From an uncultured Gemmatimonadaceae bacterium (lineage in GTDB: Bacteria; Gemmatimonadota; Gemmatimonadetes; Gemmatimonadales; Gemmatimonadaceae), in the NCBI GenBank assembly GCA_963843845.1, contig CAWJMB010000003.1:1-64000 (forward strand): 64,000 nt of DNA, written 5' to 3'. The position numbers were made by a program, and so were the translations under genes. This document shows positions 7,606 to 17,544 of the stretch, piece after piece (position 1 is the first letter of the stretch; each line of letters begins with the position of its first letter). A model generated the notes under the pieces. The model did no database searches. It was not told the origin of the DNA and saw only the letters and a list, made by a program, of their open reading frames with translations.

Positions 7606-8195
7606 TACAGCTCGTCGGAAGCACGCTCGCTCGCCAACAGGCGGCTCAGCCGGCGCATGAGATCATCGTGCATCTCAGCCGCGTTCACGAATAGCCCTCG
7701 ATCAACGAAAATGCCTTGCTGCGCCTCTGGACGGATCGGCTTGAGCACCGGGCCCTCAGATCCGCCATGCTGAAATGACCCGCTGAGAACCTTGCTCTGC
7801 CTCTCGGGATGCTCGATCAGGTGGTTACGCACGTCGCGAATTCCGACTGCTTCAAACTTCTTGAACCCAGGCACACTCCGAATGACCTCGCGGAATCGGA
7901 AAGCAAAGTAGTAGAACGCCTCCGTCAGCATCTCGACATCGTGGCCGATCTCGCTCGTCCGATGCCAGGCCTCTGGACTTGGCGGCTCACCCTGTTCGTG
8001 CCGTGCATACTCGGAAATCCGCGCCACGATCGCTCTCGACTCACCGTCCAGCGACGTTACCGTTGTCAGGAGTCGGCTCATCTGCGCCAGACGCTTCAGC
8101 GCCTCGTTCGCCTCATCCCGACCAAAGCCGGGATGCTGCTGACGCTCAAGGCGGTCGCAGTATCGGGCGAGCTGCGACGCGATGTCGTTGAACAC
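7605..8195 (-). CDS. Hypothetical protein with HEPN-like Rx5H motif
   Basis: 196 aa, mostly helical, GIRDVRNHLIEH; visibly lower GC than the flanks. Confidence 0.7.
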   Translation of the reverse strand: MFNDIASQLARYCDRLERQQHPGFGRDEANEALKRLAQMSRLLTTVTSLDGESRAIVARISEYARHEQGEPPSPEAWHRTSEIGHDVEMLTEAFYYFAFRFREVIRSVPGFKKFEAVGIRDVRNHLIEHPERQSKVLSGSFQHGGSEGPVLKPIRPEAQQGIFVDRGLFVNAAEMHDDLMRRLSRLLASERASDEL

Positions 8196-8244
8196 TGGAC
8201 TTGTGGCTGAGAGCGCGAGCTTACGAAACGTGATGTCGGTTGTA

Positions 8245-8362
8245 GCCTAACGCCTGAGTTAACCTGCGAGCCGTCCGGGCGCGCGGAGGTCAGTCTACGA
8301 GGATGTCGGCGGGCGCGTAGGACTCAACTGGTCTACTCGTCAGGTTCAACGATCCGTTAGGA
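8245..8362 (-). repeat. attC: attC site (longer, about 118 bp)
   Basis: GCCTAAC...GTTAACCTGCGAG...CTCGTCAGGTTCAAC...GTTAGGA. Confidence 0.92.
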
Positions 8363-8368
8363 CGCAGG

Positions 8369-8944
8369 TCAGCGGTCTCGCCCCAGGAACGCGCGTGCCG
8401 CCGAGTCGCTTCGGATCGCCGCCAGCAGCGCCCGTCGAAGCGCCGCCCGCTCCGCCTCCGTCAGCGGTGGCTGGCATCGGGCGCCGGTCGAGCCGAGGGC
8501 CGGCGCGACCCGCGCCGCGCCGGCCAGGCGGGCGTCCCCGGCCGCGTCAACGCCGACCAGCGCGACGTTCGCCCCGCCGAGCGACAGCGAACGCTCTCCG
8601 AGCCAGAGCGTGCCGGCCGCCGACTCGAACAGCACCGACAGCGGGCCCACGGACGCGCCGCCGACCGCCCGAGGCACGCCGCGCACGTCCCGGAGATCGG
8701 GCCGCGGGCCGGCAGACCGCTCGCGCCACTCGGCCGGCGCGCGGACGACGGCCACCCCGTTGAGTCGGAGCTCCGTGCCGTACGCCGCCACGGAGTAGAC
8801 CACGTCGGCATTCCCGACGGCGAAGCTGCCGCCGGTCGACCCACACGGGGTGCCTCCGGACTGCGCGCCGACTTCGGGTGTGAAGCCGGCACACGCAGCC
8901 AACGCGAGCGCGAAGCGGCTCAAAGTGTTACGCGGGTAAGTCAT
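8369..8944 (-). CDS. Secreted hypothetical protein
   Basis: Signal-peptide-like N-terminus; fills the cassette. Confidence 0.75.
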   Translation of the reverse strand: MTYPRNTLSRFALALAACAGFTPEVGAQSGGTPCGSTGGSFAVGNADVVYSVAAYGTELRLNGVAVVRAPAEWRERSAGPRPDLRDVRGVPRAVGGASVGPLSVLFESAAGTLWLGERSLSLGGANVALVGVDAAGDARLAGAARVAPALGSTGARCQPPLTEAERAALRRALLAAIRSDSAARAFLGRDR

Positions 8945-8969
8945 CGGCCATGCGATGGAGCGTGTTGCG

Positions 8970-9065
8970 GCCTAACGCCCAGCTTAAGCTGCGGAGGCGC
9001 AGGGCTGGAGCTGTGAATTCTGGGGAGCGGTGCGCGCCTCCGTCAGCTTCAAGCACTCGTTAGGC
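8970..9065 (-). repeat. attC: attC site
   Basis: GCCTAAC...GCTTAAGCTGCGGAGG...CCTCCGTCAGCTTCAAGC...GTTAGGC. Confidence 0.94.
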
Positions 9066-9791
9066 ATCGGCTCGAAGGAGGCCCCCGACTTCGCGACTCT
9101 CGCCGTCGCGGTGGATCATGACATGGCAGTTCGCGCAGACGAGCCGCAAGTCATCCGGGTCCGTCTCCGACGCCCGCGCCCGCGAGGCGAGCGGCTGCAC
9201 ATGGTGAACCTGCATGTAGCCGCGGCCGACCGCTCCGTAGGCGGCCTCGAAGTCGAATCCGCACCCCGGGACTTCACAGCGGAGGCGCCCGTCCGGCGAC
9301 GCCGAAGACGCCTCCGCGATCTTCGCCTCCCGCAGCCACCGCTCGCGCTTCCGGTGCGCGCGGAGCCGGTGCCGGACCTCGCCCTCGATCGCCCGCCGCC
9401 CGTGCGGCCGCGGGAGCGGGGGCACGTACGACGCGTCGACGAGCGCGAGGCGTTCCAACGCCTCGGCGAACTCCGGCCGCATGCGGAACGCGAACTCGCC
9501 GGCCTCGTCGATGGGCGGCGCCGGCCATGTGGCGATGGTCCAGAGCGAGAGCCCCGAATACCGTAGTTCAAGCTCGTCACGTATGCGCCGCGCGAGCCCG
9601 CCGTACAACCGATTCCCAGCCGAGTGGCCGGCGAACCCTGCGGCCGCGCACAGGTGCCGCATCGTCGCGATCCGGCGGGGCATCACGAAGTGGGCGTTGA
9701 GCATCGAGCGCACGCTCGGCGCGATCCCGCGTGCGGCGACCGCCTCGAGGGCGGTCACATAGTCATCCGTCGTCGCGAGCTGTCTCGGCAT
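9060..9791 (-). CDS. HNH endonuclease (McrA-like C-terminus)
   Basis: CEVPGCGFDF...YG...MQVHHVQPL...DLRLVCANCHVMIH. Confidence 0.92.
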   Translation of the reverse strand: MPRQLATTDDYVTALEAVAARGIAPSVRSMLNAHFVMPRRIATMRHLCAAAGFAGHSAGNRLYGGLARRIRDELELRYSGLSLWTIATWPAPPIDEAGEFAFRMRPEFAEALERLALVDASYVPPLPRPHGRRAIEGEVRHRLRAHRKRERWLREAKIAEASSASPDGRLRCEVPGCGFDFEAAYGAVGRGYMQVHHVQPLASRARASETDPDDLRLVCANCHVMIHRDGESREVGGLLRADA

Positions 9792-9806
9792 GAATGCTCG
9801 TTTGAT

Positions 9807-9902
9807 GCCTAACGCCCACGTTAAGCTGCGAAACGGGCCTGACGGAGCCATGTCGCCGCGAGGAGCGTGGCCCGTTTCGTCAGGTTCAACGACTCGTTAG
9901 AC
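9807..9902 (-). repeat. attC: attC site
   Basis: GCCTAAC...GTTAAGCTGCGAAACGGGCC...GGCCCGTTTCGTCAGGTTCAAC...GTTAGAC. Confidence 0.95.
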
Positions 9903-9903
9903 G

Positions 9904-10353
9904 TCAGCGCGACGTAACTGGGCCTACCTGATCCGTCTCGAAATACAAGATCAAGTTGTCGGCGATGATGCGCCATCGCTCGAACTCCGTCACTCCGGCT
10001 GGTAACGGAGCGCGCTGCGTCTCCAGGATGTAGTGAAGCGTAGGAGCGAGCGCGAGCGCTACCGCGGCAACGTAATAGTTCCCGCGAACCCACTGACCGG
10101 CGCCGGCACGACATAGCTCGCTGTACGTCGACACTAGGCCGACCTCGGTTACTCCGTACGCCGTCACGATCGGTCGCAGCGCGCGATCGCCGAGGATGAG
10201 CGCATACAGCTTGCGCTCGGCCCTCGTCTGTGGCGACTCCGGACCAGTCATCATCCAGTCAAGCGTTTCGCGCGGAGACCGTGCAGCTCCGAGTTGTTTC
10301 GTGATTCGGAGAAGCCGAACGTTCTTCCAGATAGAGGAGACGAGGGGGATCAC
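9904..10353 (-). CDS. Hypothetical protein, first (attI-proximal) cassette
   Basis: 149-aa ORF, lower GC; contains AGAGQWVRGNYY. Confidence 0.75.
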   Translation of the reverse strand: MIPLVSSIWKNVRLLRITKQLGAARSPRETLDWMMTGPESPQTRAERKLYALILGDRALRPIVTAYGVTEVGLVSTYSELCRAGAGQWVRGNYYVAAVALALAPTLHYILETQRAPLPAGVTEFERWRIIADNLILYFETDQVGPVTSR

Positions 10354-10397
10354 GGATGAAATCTCGTGGGAGCTATGCTTTCGCGACTATGCACGTT

Positions 10398-10425
10398 GAC
10401 GTCTGAACGCCAATTGTACAGCTCC
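10398..10425 (-). other. attI: Probable attI / first-cassette junction
   Basis: TGACGTCTGAAC (10397-10408) nearly complements the first cassette's R'' GTTAGACGTCA; the adjacent minus-strand GTACAAT resembles an L box; no attC arms. Confidence 0.55.
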
Positions 10426-10579
10426 CCACGCCCCGCATCCACACATTCTACGGCGCCCGACGCCGTATAACGACACGCCCGTCCACCGCCCGCGCCCCCC
10501 AAAGCACTCTCCCCCAACCGGTTGCGCCGCGTTCTCCCCACCCACCCTCACGCGTTATGCTGCGCTCGCGATGAGCCGC

Positions 10580-11572
10580 TCACAGCGCGTCCGCCGGACT
10601 CCGCACGCCGCGCCCGCCTCGGTTCAACACATGGGTATAGACCATCGTGGTCGCGACGTTCGCATGCCCGAGGAGCTCCTGGACCGTCCGGATGTCGTAC
10701 CCGCCTTCGAGCAGGTGCGTCGCGAACGAGTGTCGGAATGTGTGGCACGTCGCCCGCTTCGCGACCCCGCTCGCCTGCACCGCCACCGCGACCGCACGCT
10801 GCACACTCGTTTCGTGCAGGTGATGGCGGAGGGCCACCCCCGTGAGCGGGTCCAGATACATCGTGCGCGCGGGGAACAGCCACTGCCACGGCCACGACGT
10901 CGCCGCGCCGGGCGACTTCGACGCGAGCGCGTGAGGCAGGGGCACCCGCGCCCGGCCCGCAGCGAGCGCTCGCTCGTACCGTGCGTGGAGTGACGCCGTG
11001 TGTCGGGCGAGCGGCGCACGGGCGGCGTCCGCGAGACAGGTACGGCGGTCCTTCGCACCCTTGCCCCCGCGCACGGTCACTTCACGGCGCGCGAGGTCGA
11101 CGTCCTTGACGCGGAGCGCGAGGCATTCGCTGAGACGAAGTCCCGAGCCGTAGAGCAACAGCGCGGCGAGACGGGCGACCCCGTGCATCTCGCCGAGGAC
11201 CTGCCGAACCTCGTCGAGCGAGAGCACGGCGGGCACGCGCTGCGGGACCCGCGCCCGAACCACCCGTTCCGGCGCCTGCATGCGAACGCCGAGGACATCG
11301 CGGTACAGAAAGAGCAGCGCGGCGAGCGCCTGGTTCTGCGTCGACGCCGACACTCGCCCGTCGACGGCGAGGTGCGTCAGGAACCGCTCGACGTCGTGCC
11401 CATCGAGCTCGGCCGGGTGACGCAGGCCGCAGAATCGCACGTACCGGCGCGCCCAGTAGACGTACGCGGTCTCCGTCCGTGCGCTGTAGTGCCGCACGCG
11501 AACCGCCTCGCGCAGGCGCGTCAGCAGGCGTCGAGACGGCGGGACCGGCGGCAGCTCGATGGGGGCGCACAT
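10580..11572 (-). CDS. intI: Integron integrase (alternative GTG start at 11590)
   Basis: [40 protein letters not shown], IntI-specific insert [48 protein letters not shown]. Confidence 0.97.
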   Translation of the reverse strand: MCAPIELPPVPPSRRLLTRLREAVRVRHYSARTETAYVYWARRYVRFCGLRHPAELDGHDVERFLTHLAVDGRVSASTQNQALAALLFLYRDVLGVRMQAPERVVRARVPQRVPAVLSLDEVRQVLGEMHGVARLAALLLYGSGLRLSECLALRVKDVDLARREVTVRGGKGAKDRRTCLADAARAPLARHTASLHARYERALAAGRARVPLPHALASKSPGAATSWPWQWLFPARTMYLDPLTGVALRHHLHETSVQRAVAVAVQASGVAKRATCHTFRHSFATHLLEGGYDIRTVQELLGHANVATTMVYTHVLNRGGRGVRSPADAL

Positions 11573-11679
11573 GCCCGACAGTATGGACACCGCGCCACAT
11601 GCCGACCGTACGCCCGCAACGCAGCGGCGTCCGACTGAACGCTCGGCGCCCGCGGCGCCCGTGGCAGGCCGCCGCCCTA

Positions 11680-11732
11680 CCGTCCCCGCGTCACAGTCCC
11701 CGCCTCACCGCCCCCGCCTCACCGTCCCCTCA
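11680..11732. repeat. About 3.8 copies of a 14-bp tandem repeat (CCGTCCCCGCCTCA-like)
   Basis: ccgtccccgcgtca cagtccccgcctca ccgcccccgcctca ccgtcccctca. Confidence 0.7.
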
Positions 11733-14700
11733 CGGCATCGGCACCGCACGTCGTCCCCACGTCGGCGGCGGCGGCTCGCGCGTCGCCCGCTGCGGCGGGT
11801 TGACCGCGAGCATCCGCAGCGCCTCCTGCACGGCGCGCTCGAGCTGCGCGTCGTGCCCGGCGATCGCTCCTTCGGCCAGTTCTCGACGTCGATGTCCGGC
11901 GCGACGCCCTCGTTCTCGACCGCCCACTTGTCGTCGCGGGCGAAGAAGCCGAAGCGCGGGGCGATCATCGAGCCGCCGTCGACGAACGGCGGACTGTCGG
12001 TCGTCGCCACGAGCCGCCCCACGTCCGCTTGCCGACGAGCGTGCCGAGTTTGCGGAGCTTGAACATGTAGGGCATCAGGTCGCCGCCCGAGCCGGCCATC
12101 TCGTTGATGATCATGACCTTCGGGCCCCAGATGCCCTCGGCCGGGCTCGTGTACGGATAGCGCTCGCCGACGGGGTTGTTGAAGTAGCCGTCGAACGTCC
12201 GGCCGATGACGTCCACGATGTAGTCGGCCGCGGAGCCGCCGCCGTTGTAGCGCTCGTCGATGACGGCGCCCTGCTTGTCCTGCTGCGCGAAGTAGTAGCG
12301 GTTGAAGCTCGTGTAGCCGGGCTGGCCGGTGTTCGGGATGTAGACGTACGCGAGCTTGCCGCCCGACAGTGAGTCGACGAGCCGGCGGTTCCCCTCGACC
12401 CAGGCGCGGGTGCGCAGCCCCTGCTCGTTGGCGATCGGCAGCACGGTCACCTGCCGCGCGCCGGCCGTCGTCGGCGCACTGTTGACCGTCAGCACGGTCT
12501 GTCGGTTCGCCGTTCCGTCCAACAGTCGGTAGATGTTGGTCGTGTCGCGCAGCTCGACGCCGTTGATGGCGAGCAGGTACTCGCCGCGGCGCACGTTCGC
12601 GCCGGGCATCGCGAGCGGCGCACGCAGCTCGGGATTCCAGCTCTCGGTCGTCGTAGACGCGCGCGAACCGGTACCGGCCGTTCTCGATCGTGAAATCGGC
12701 GCCCAGCAGCCCCGCGAGGCTCGCCGCCGGATCGGTGCCCATGTCGCCGCCACGCACGTACGAGTGGCCGACGGCGATCTCGGCGCCCATCATGTCGAGC
12801 AGGTAGTTCAGATCGGCGCGGTGCTTCACGTACGGCAACAACGGGGCGTACATCGCCTTCGCCTTCGGCCAGTCGGCGCCGTGCATGTTCCGCACGTACA
12901 GGTTGTTGCGCTCCGTCCGCCATCCTTCGTCGAAGATCTGCTTGAACTCGGCTACGGGATCGACGTAGGCGCGGATCGTCGCCGACAGTCGCCCACTGTT
13001 GGGCGCCGGCGGCGCTTTGTCGGCATCGACGAGGAACAGGGCGCCCTGCGCGCCGCCGGTGCGGTAGAGCAGCTTCTTGCCGTCCGCGCTGACGACGAAC
13101 TGCGCGGCGCTCGGCACGAACGGGGTCGCGCGACGGGCGCTGATCTGATACCGGTGGATCGTGCCGCCACCCCCGCCACCGCCGCCGCCGGGCGTCCCGC
13201 CGGTGCCCGTCGCGGGGAGCGGCTCGAGGAAGAACACCGTGCCCGCCGGGCCGGCCGACAGTTGCTCGTAGTCGCGCGGCGTGACGTCCTGCACGGCGAC
13301 GATGCGCTGCTGGATGCCGTCGACGTCGATGCGGACTGTCGGAACCGTCGCCGCGCGGGGCTCGGGGCTCGGCTGACGGGCCGCTCCGGTCCCCGCGTCG
13401 CGCGCCCCGACCGCTCCGGCGGTCATGGCCGTCCGGGCGGTGTCGGGCCCGTCGCGCCCCGGGTCACGCGGCGCGCGCCCCGCGCGCGCGGCTTCCTCGT
13501 CGCTCTCCGGCAGCAGCGGCGACGTGTCGGTCTTCGCGAGCACGGCCAGGTACAGTCCGCGCGTCTCCGGACGGTCGTACGCCGACATGTCGAGCAGCCC
13601 GGAATGCAGCGCGAAATCGGTCGACGCGAGGAACCACAGATACTTCCCGCTCGCGTCCCACGCCGGCGACGTCGCATCGGCGAGGCCGTCGGTGATCTGT
13701 CGCGTCTCGCCGGTCTCGACGTTGTACAGGTAGATCGCGCGGAACAGCGACTTCAGATGCTTCGGGTAGGCGATCCACTTCGAGTCCGGACTCCACGCCG
13801 CGACGATCGTCCGCGCGGCGTGGAAGTACGGGTCGCTGTCGGCGACCTTCGCCGAACCGCTCGCGACGTCGACGAGCCACAGTCGGAGGTGCGAGTCCTG
13901 GAACGCGAGCTTCCGCCCGTCCGGCGACCAGGTCGGAGCGTACGGCCGGCTCGGCTCGGGGAGCGTGATCTCCCGGGGCGGCGTCAGGCCGTCCTGCGGC
14001 GCGATGTAGAGCCGGTACTCGCCCGACTTGTCGCCGAAATACGCCACCGAGCGCCCGTCGGGCGACCAGACGGGGAGGATCTCCGCCGAGCCGCTCGCGT
14101 TCGTCAGGTTTCTCGCGTCGCCCTTCTCGGCGGGGATCGGTGAAGATCTCTCCGCGCGCCTCGACGGCGGCCCGGCGGCCGGTCGGCGACAGGGCCAGCG
14201 TGCGCGGCACGACTGTCCTTCCACTGTGGCATCATCCACGGGAAGTCGCCGGCGGCGGTGATCGTGACGACGCGCTCGCGGCCGGTCTCGGGGTCCATCT
14301 CGTGGATGTAGCCGGCCTGCTCGAAGACGACCGCGTTGGCCGTGGCGTCGAGCGTCTTGACGTCGAAGTCCGTGAAGCGCGTCCGCTGCGTCAGCGCCTT
14401 GCTGCGCGTGTCGTACGACCACACGTTGGCGACGCCGTCGCGGTCGGAGATGAAGTAGACGACGTCACCGACCCACGCCGGGTCGACGTCCTTGGAATCG
14501 GTCCACGGCGGCGACGTCACGTCGTGCGACGCGAGGTCCATGATCCAGATGGGGCGGTTCTGACCGCCGCGGTAGTTGCGGCGCTCGTCGTCCCACGAGC
14601 TGTTCATGCGATACGCGATGCGCTTGCCGTCGGGCGCGATCTTGCCCTGATAGGCGCGCGGCATCGGCATCGGCTGCTCGATGCCGCCCGCGGCCGGCAC

Positions 14701-15141
14701 GGTCCAGAAGCGCGGCGCGGCGGTCGGCGCTGCCGTCGCGCGGGGAGACGCGAACACGATCTGCTGCCCGTCCGGCGTCCAGCCCTGCACCAGGTCGGCG
14801 CCAGGGTGCCAGGTGAGCCGCTTCGGCTCTCCGCCGTCGGCCGACACGACGTAGACGTCGGTGTTGCCGCCGTAGTCGCCGCTGAACGCGACCCACCGGC
14901 CGTCGGGCGAGAGCTTCGGGTTCGCCTCGCCGCCGCCGCTCGTGAGCCGACGCGCGACGCCGCCGCTCCGCTCGACGATCCAGACGTCGTTCGCGTAGGC
15001 GAACGCGATGTGCGTCGCGCTCACCGATGGCGTGCGCAGCATGCGCGTGCCGCCTTGCGCGGCGGCGAGCGCAGGCACCGTGAAGAGGCCGAAGAGCGCC
15101 GCCGAGCGGAGGCGGCGGGCGCGAGAGGTGAAGCGATGCAT
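11730..15141 (-). CDS. Tricorn-type S41 protease (beta-propellers, PDZ, S41), split by about 5 frameshifts
   Basis: IAFAYANDVW, PD40-like SPDG repeats, DERYNGGG, NEMAGSGGDLMP, GKRTWGG, ENEGVAPDI across ORFs 14104-15246, 11705-14422, 11965-12753 and 11730-11927. Confidence 0.9.
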
Positions 15142-15302
15142 CGTGAGGCAGGTCGAGGAAGCCGACAGAGCGATCCCCTCAATGCAAACGCGTGCACACG
15201 GCGTTGGCGAGGGGACGTGCCGCGCGCTCCCCCGCGACGAACGCATGCCTGGCTCCGCCTGCTCGGCGCTTCCTGCTTGCCGCCGCCTGCCCGGCGCGGC
15301 CG

Positions 15303-15776
15303 TCAGCGAGGGCTGGCGCCGCCCTCTGGACCGCCGCGGCCGCCGCGCCGCCGCGGGTCGGGCAACGAGTCGAACGCCGCGCGGTGCTCGGGCGTCATCT
15401 GCGCGCGCATCTCGGCGTGCATCGAGTCCATGATGCTGCGGAGCTGCTGCCCCGGCCCCGCCCAGAACGCCTCGATCTGCGCGCGGCGGCGCGACACGAC
15501 GCTGTCGACGCGCGCACGCTCCGCGGTCGAGAGGTCGAGCCGGTCGAGCGGGTTGCGGCGAATGCCTCGTGAGTCGTTCGCGCCCCCGCGTCCGCCTGGC
15601 GCGCGCCGGACGCCGCTCGTCGGCGCCTCTCGGCGCAGATGGTCGCGCACGGCCGACCCCGCGGCACCGCCGGCGACGAACACGAGCAGCAGTACGGCGA
15701 CCGCTGCGACCCAGATGCGCGACCGCCCGCCGCCCGATCCGCTCGGATGGCTCGCGTCGCCGCCCGATCCGCTCAT
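15303..15776 (-). CDS. Membrane-anchored Spy/CpxP-like periplasmic protein
   Basis: TM segment, then LDLSTAERARV...QMTPEH; ATGA overlap with the upstream gene. Confidence 0.7.
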   Translation of the reverse strand: MSGSGGDASHPSGSGGGRSRIWVAAVAVLLLVFVAGGAAGSAVRDHLRREAPTSGVRRAPGGRGGANDSRGIRRNPLDRLDLSTAERARVDSVVSRRRAQIEAFWAGPGQQLRSIMDSMHAEMRAQMTPEHRAAFDSLPDPRRRGGRGGPEGGASPR

Positions 15777-16237
15777 TCCTGCTCTCCGACGTCGCGAGCG
15801 ACGAGGTCGCGCAGCAGGTCCTCGGTACTCGGCGCGCGCTGCTCGGCGATCCACGACGTGCCGGACTCGACGCCGGTGAGCGCCTGCCGCACCGTCGCGT
15901 CGCTGAACGCCTCGACCGACGCGATCGTCTCGCTCGCCACCAGCTCGTCGGGTCCGTCGCCCTGGCGCGCGACGTTCACGGCGAACAGGACCGCGGCTGC
16001 CGCGGCGACGAGCGCCGGCCCGGCGAAGCGGGCCAGCGTCGCCGCGACGCCGTCGGCGAGGCCGAAGCGCGCGAGGCGGCTGCGGCGCCGCAATTCCGGG
16101 TGCGCCGACGCCTCGATGCGCGCGGCGAGCGCCGCCCACCGGGCCGCGTCGCGCAGCGGATCGGCAGCTCCGTCCGGGGCGCCGTACAGTGCACGCAGAT
16201 CGACCGGACCGTCCCGGTCGTCACGTTCCCGCATCAT
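15773..16237 (-). CDS. Putative anti-sigma factor
   Basis: Single TM; directly downstream of the ECF sigma gene. Confidence 0.65.
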   Translation of the reverse strand: MMRERDDRDGPVDLRALYGAPDGAADPLRDAARWAALAARIEASAHPELRRRSRLARFGLADGVAATLARFAGPALVAAAAAVLFAVNVARQGDGPDELVASETIASVEAFSDATVRQALTGVESGTSWIAEQRAPSTEDLLRDLVARDVGEQE

Positions 16238-16907
16238 CGTCCTCTCTCCTCCATTCGGCGCTCAATCGGCGCCGGAGATCGCGACGCGCCCAGAACAGGT
16301 GCGCCCGGACCGTGCCTTCGGCGAGACCGAGGTGCTCGCCGATCTCGCGATGATTCCACCCTTCCAGATCGTGCAGCAGCACGACCTCGCGTCGCACGTC
16401 GGTGAGCGTCGCGAGCGCCGCCGCGAGATGCTCGCGCGCGTTCGCCCGCTCCGCGTTCCGCAGCGGCCCCGCGTTCGACGGCGACGCCGGGGTCGCGATG
16501 TCGCCGACGACGTCGAGCGAGTCCGCGTTGCGCACCCGCTGTCGCCGCCGTAGATCGATCGCCCGGTTGCGCACGATCGTGAGCAGCCACGGGCGGAACT
16601 TCTCTTCCGGCCGGCAGTCCTCGAGGCGGCGGACCGCCGTCATGAACGCGTCCTGACAGACGTCTTCCGCGTCCGACGGGTCGCCGACGACGACGAGCGC
16701 CGCCGCGTGGGCCGACTTGAGATGCTTCTGCACGAGCGCCGAGAACGCGCGCTCGTCACCATCCCGAGCCCGGCGCACGAGGGCGGCGTCGTCCGCCGCC
16801 TCGGCGCCGTACGCAGCGGGGCGTGCCGGCCGGATGGGAGTACTCCCGCCGGCCGGGGCCCCGTCGTCCTCGCCTCGCACCAACGCGAGCGACGGTCGAG
16901 CGGGCAA
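16221..16907 (-). CDS. ECF-type sigma-70 factor
   Basis: DAEDVCQDAF, FRPWLLTIVRN, EVVLLHDLEGWNHREIG...GTVRAHL. Confidence 0.93.
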   Translation of the reverse strand: MPARPSLALVRGEDDGAPAGGSTPIRPARPAAYGAEAADDAALVRRARDGDERAFSALVQKHLKSAHAAALVVVGDPSDAEDVCQDAFMTAVRRLEDCRPEEKFRPWLLTIVRNRAIDLRRRQRVRNADSLDVVGDIATPASPSNAGPLRNAERANAREHLAAALATLTDVRREVVLLHDLEGWNHREIGEHLGLAEGTVRAHLFWARRDLRRRLSAEWRREDDDAGT

Positions 16908-16925
16908 GTCGAGTCGCCTACTGGA

Positions 16926-17342
16926 TCAGAGGGCGGCCGGACGCTGCGGCATGTTCGCCCGCATCTTTTCCATGTTCGCGTCCCACGTCTTCTGCTGGTC
17001 GGCCGACAGCACGGCCTTGATCGCCGCGGTACGCTCCATGTTCATCTGCCGCATCTTCTGCCGGTCTTCCTGCGACATGTCCTGGCTCATCGCCGGCATC
17101 TTCGCCGCGTAGGCCTTCGTGATCGAGTCGACCTGCGCCTGCTGCGCGGGCGAGAGGGTGATCCCCTCCATCATCATCTGCAGCTGACGGGCGCCACCGC
17201 CGCCCATCCCGCGCCCGCCGCCCGCGGGGGGCTGGCCGGCCGCGGGCTGATCTTTCGAGACCGGCTGAGCGTGCGCGGCCGTCGCGGCCAGCGCGACGAG
17301 CGTGGCGACTTGGGCGGCGCGCCGAACGAACGACGTCGACAT
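16926..17342 (-). CDS. Secreted Spy/CpxP-like (LTXXQ-type) protein
   Basis: Signal peptide; ITLSPAQQ and VLSADQQ motifs; Met-rich. Confidence 0.75.
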   Translation of the reverse strand: MSTSFVRRAAQVATLVALAATAAHAQPVSKDQPAAGQPPAGGGRGMGGGGARQLQMMMEGITLSPAQQAQVDSITKAYAAKMPAMSQDMSQEDRQKMRQMNMERTAAIKAVLSADQQKTWDANMEKMRANMPQRPAAL

Positions 17343-17544
17343 ACGTGGGCTCCTACGAGAGTGAGGTCGGTGATCGGGTCCTCGCGCACCTCACCAGTGC
17401 GAGGGGACCGAGTGAAAGACGTGCGGCGCCCCAAAGTCGTTTAGCGAGTCGCCGGGCGCTACGGCGCGCGGCCCGGGATTAGCAGGCAGGGGGCAGGGCG
17501 GATCTCCGACCGGAGTCCGCCGACTCCTTCTCCCTGAACACCCG

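Larger units (their letters stand above)
1..11572 (-). mobile_element. Complete integron (intI, attI, at least 13 gene cassettes); array continues past the left edge
   Basis: IntI ORF plus 13 related imperfect palindromes (RYYYAAC...GTTRRRY), each directly downstream of minus-strand ORFs. Confidence 0.97.

Noticed and set aside
177..9902. Regularly recurring repeats read as a CRISPR array
   Set aside because: The repeats are ~96-bp imperfect palindromes separated by whole genes, and there are no cas genes; they are attC sites.
10465..10560. GTATAAC...GTTATGC spanning 96 bp, as an attC that would make intI itself a cassette
   Set aside because: The length matches, but there are no L boxes or internal complementarity; at most these are accessory IntI sites.
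10580..11590. XerC/XerD annotation for the recombinase
   Set aside because: It carries the IntI-specific insert and sits beside an attC array.
11565..11642. LexA/SOS box upstream of intI
   Set aside because: No recognisable LexA consensus; only an imperfect direct repeat (GCGCACATGCCCGAC / GCGCCACATGCCGAC) of unknown meaning.
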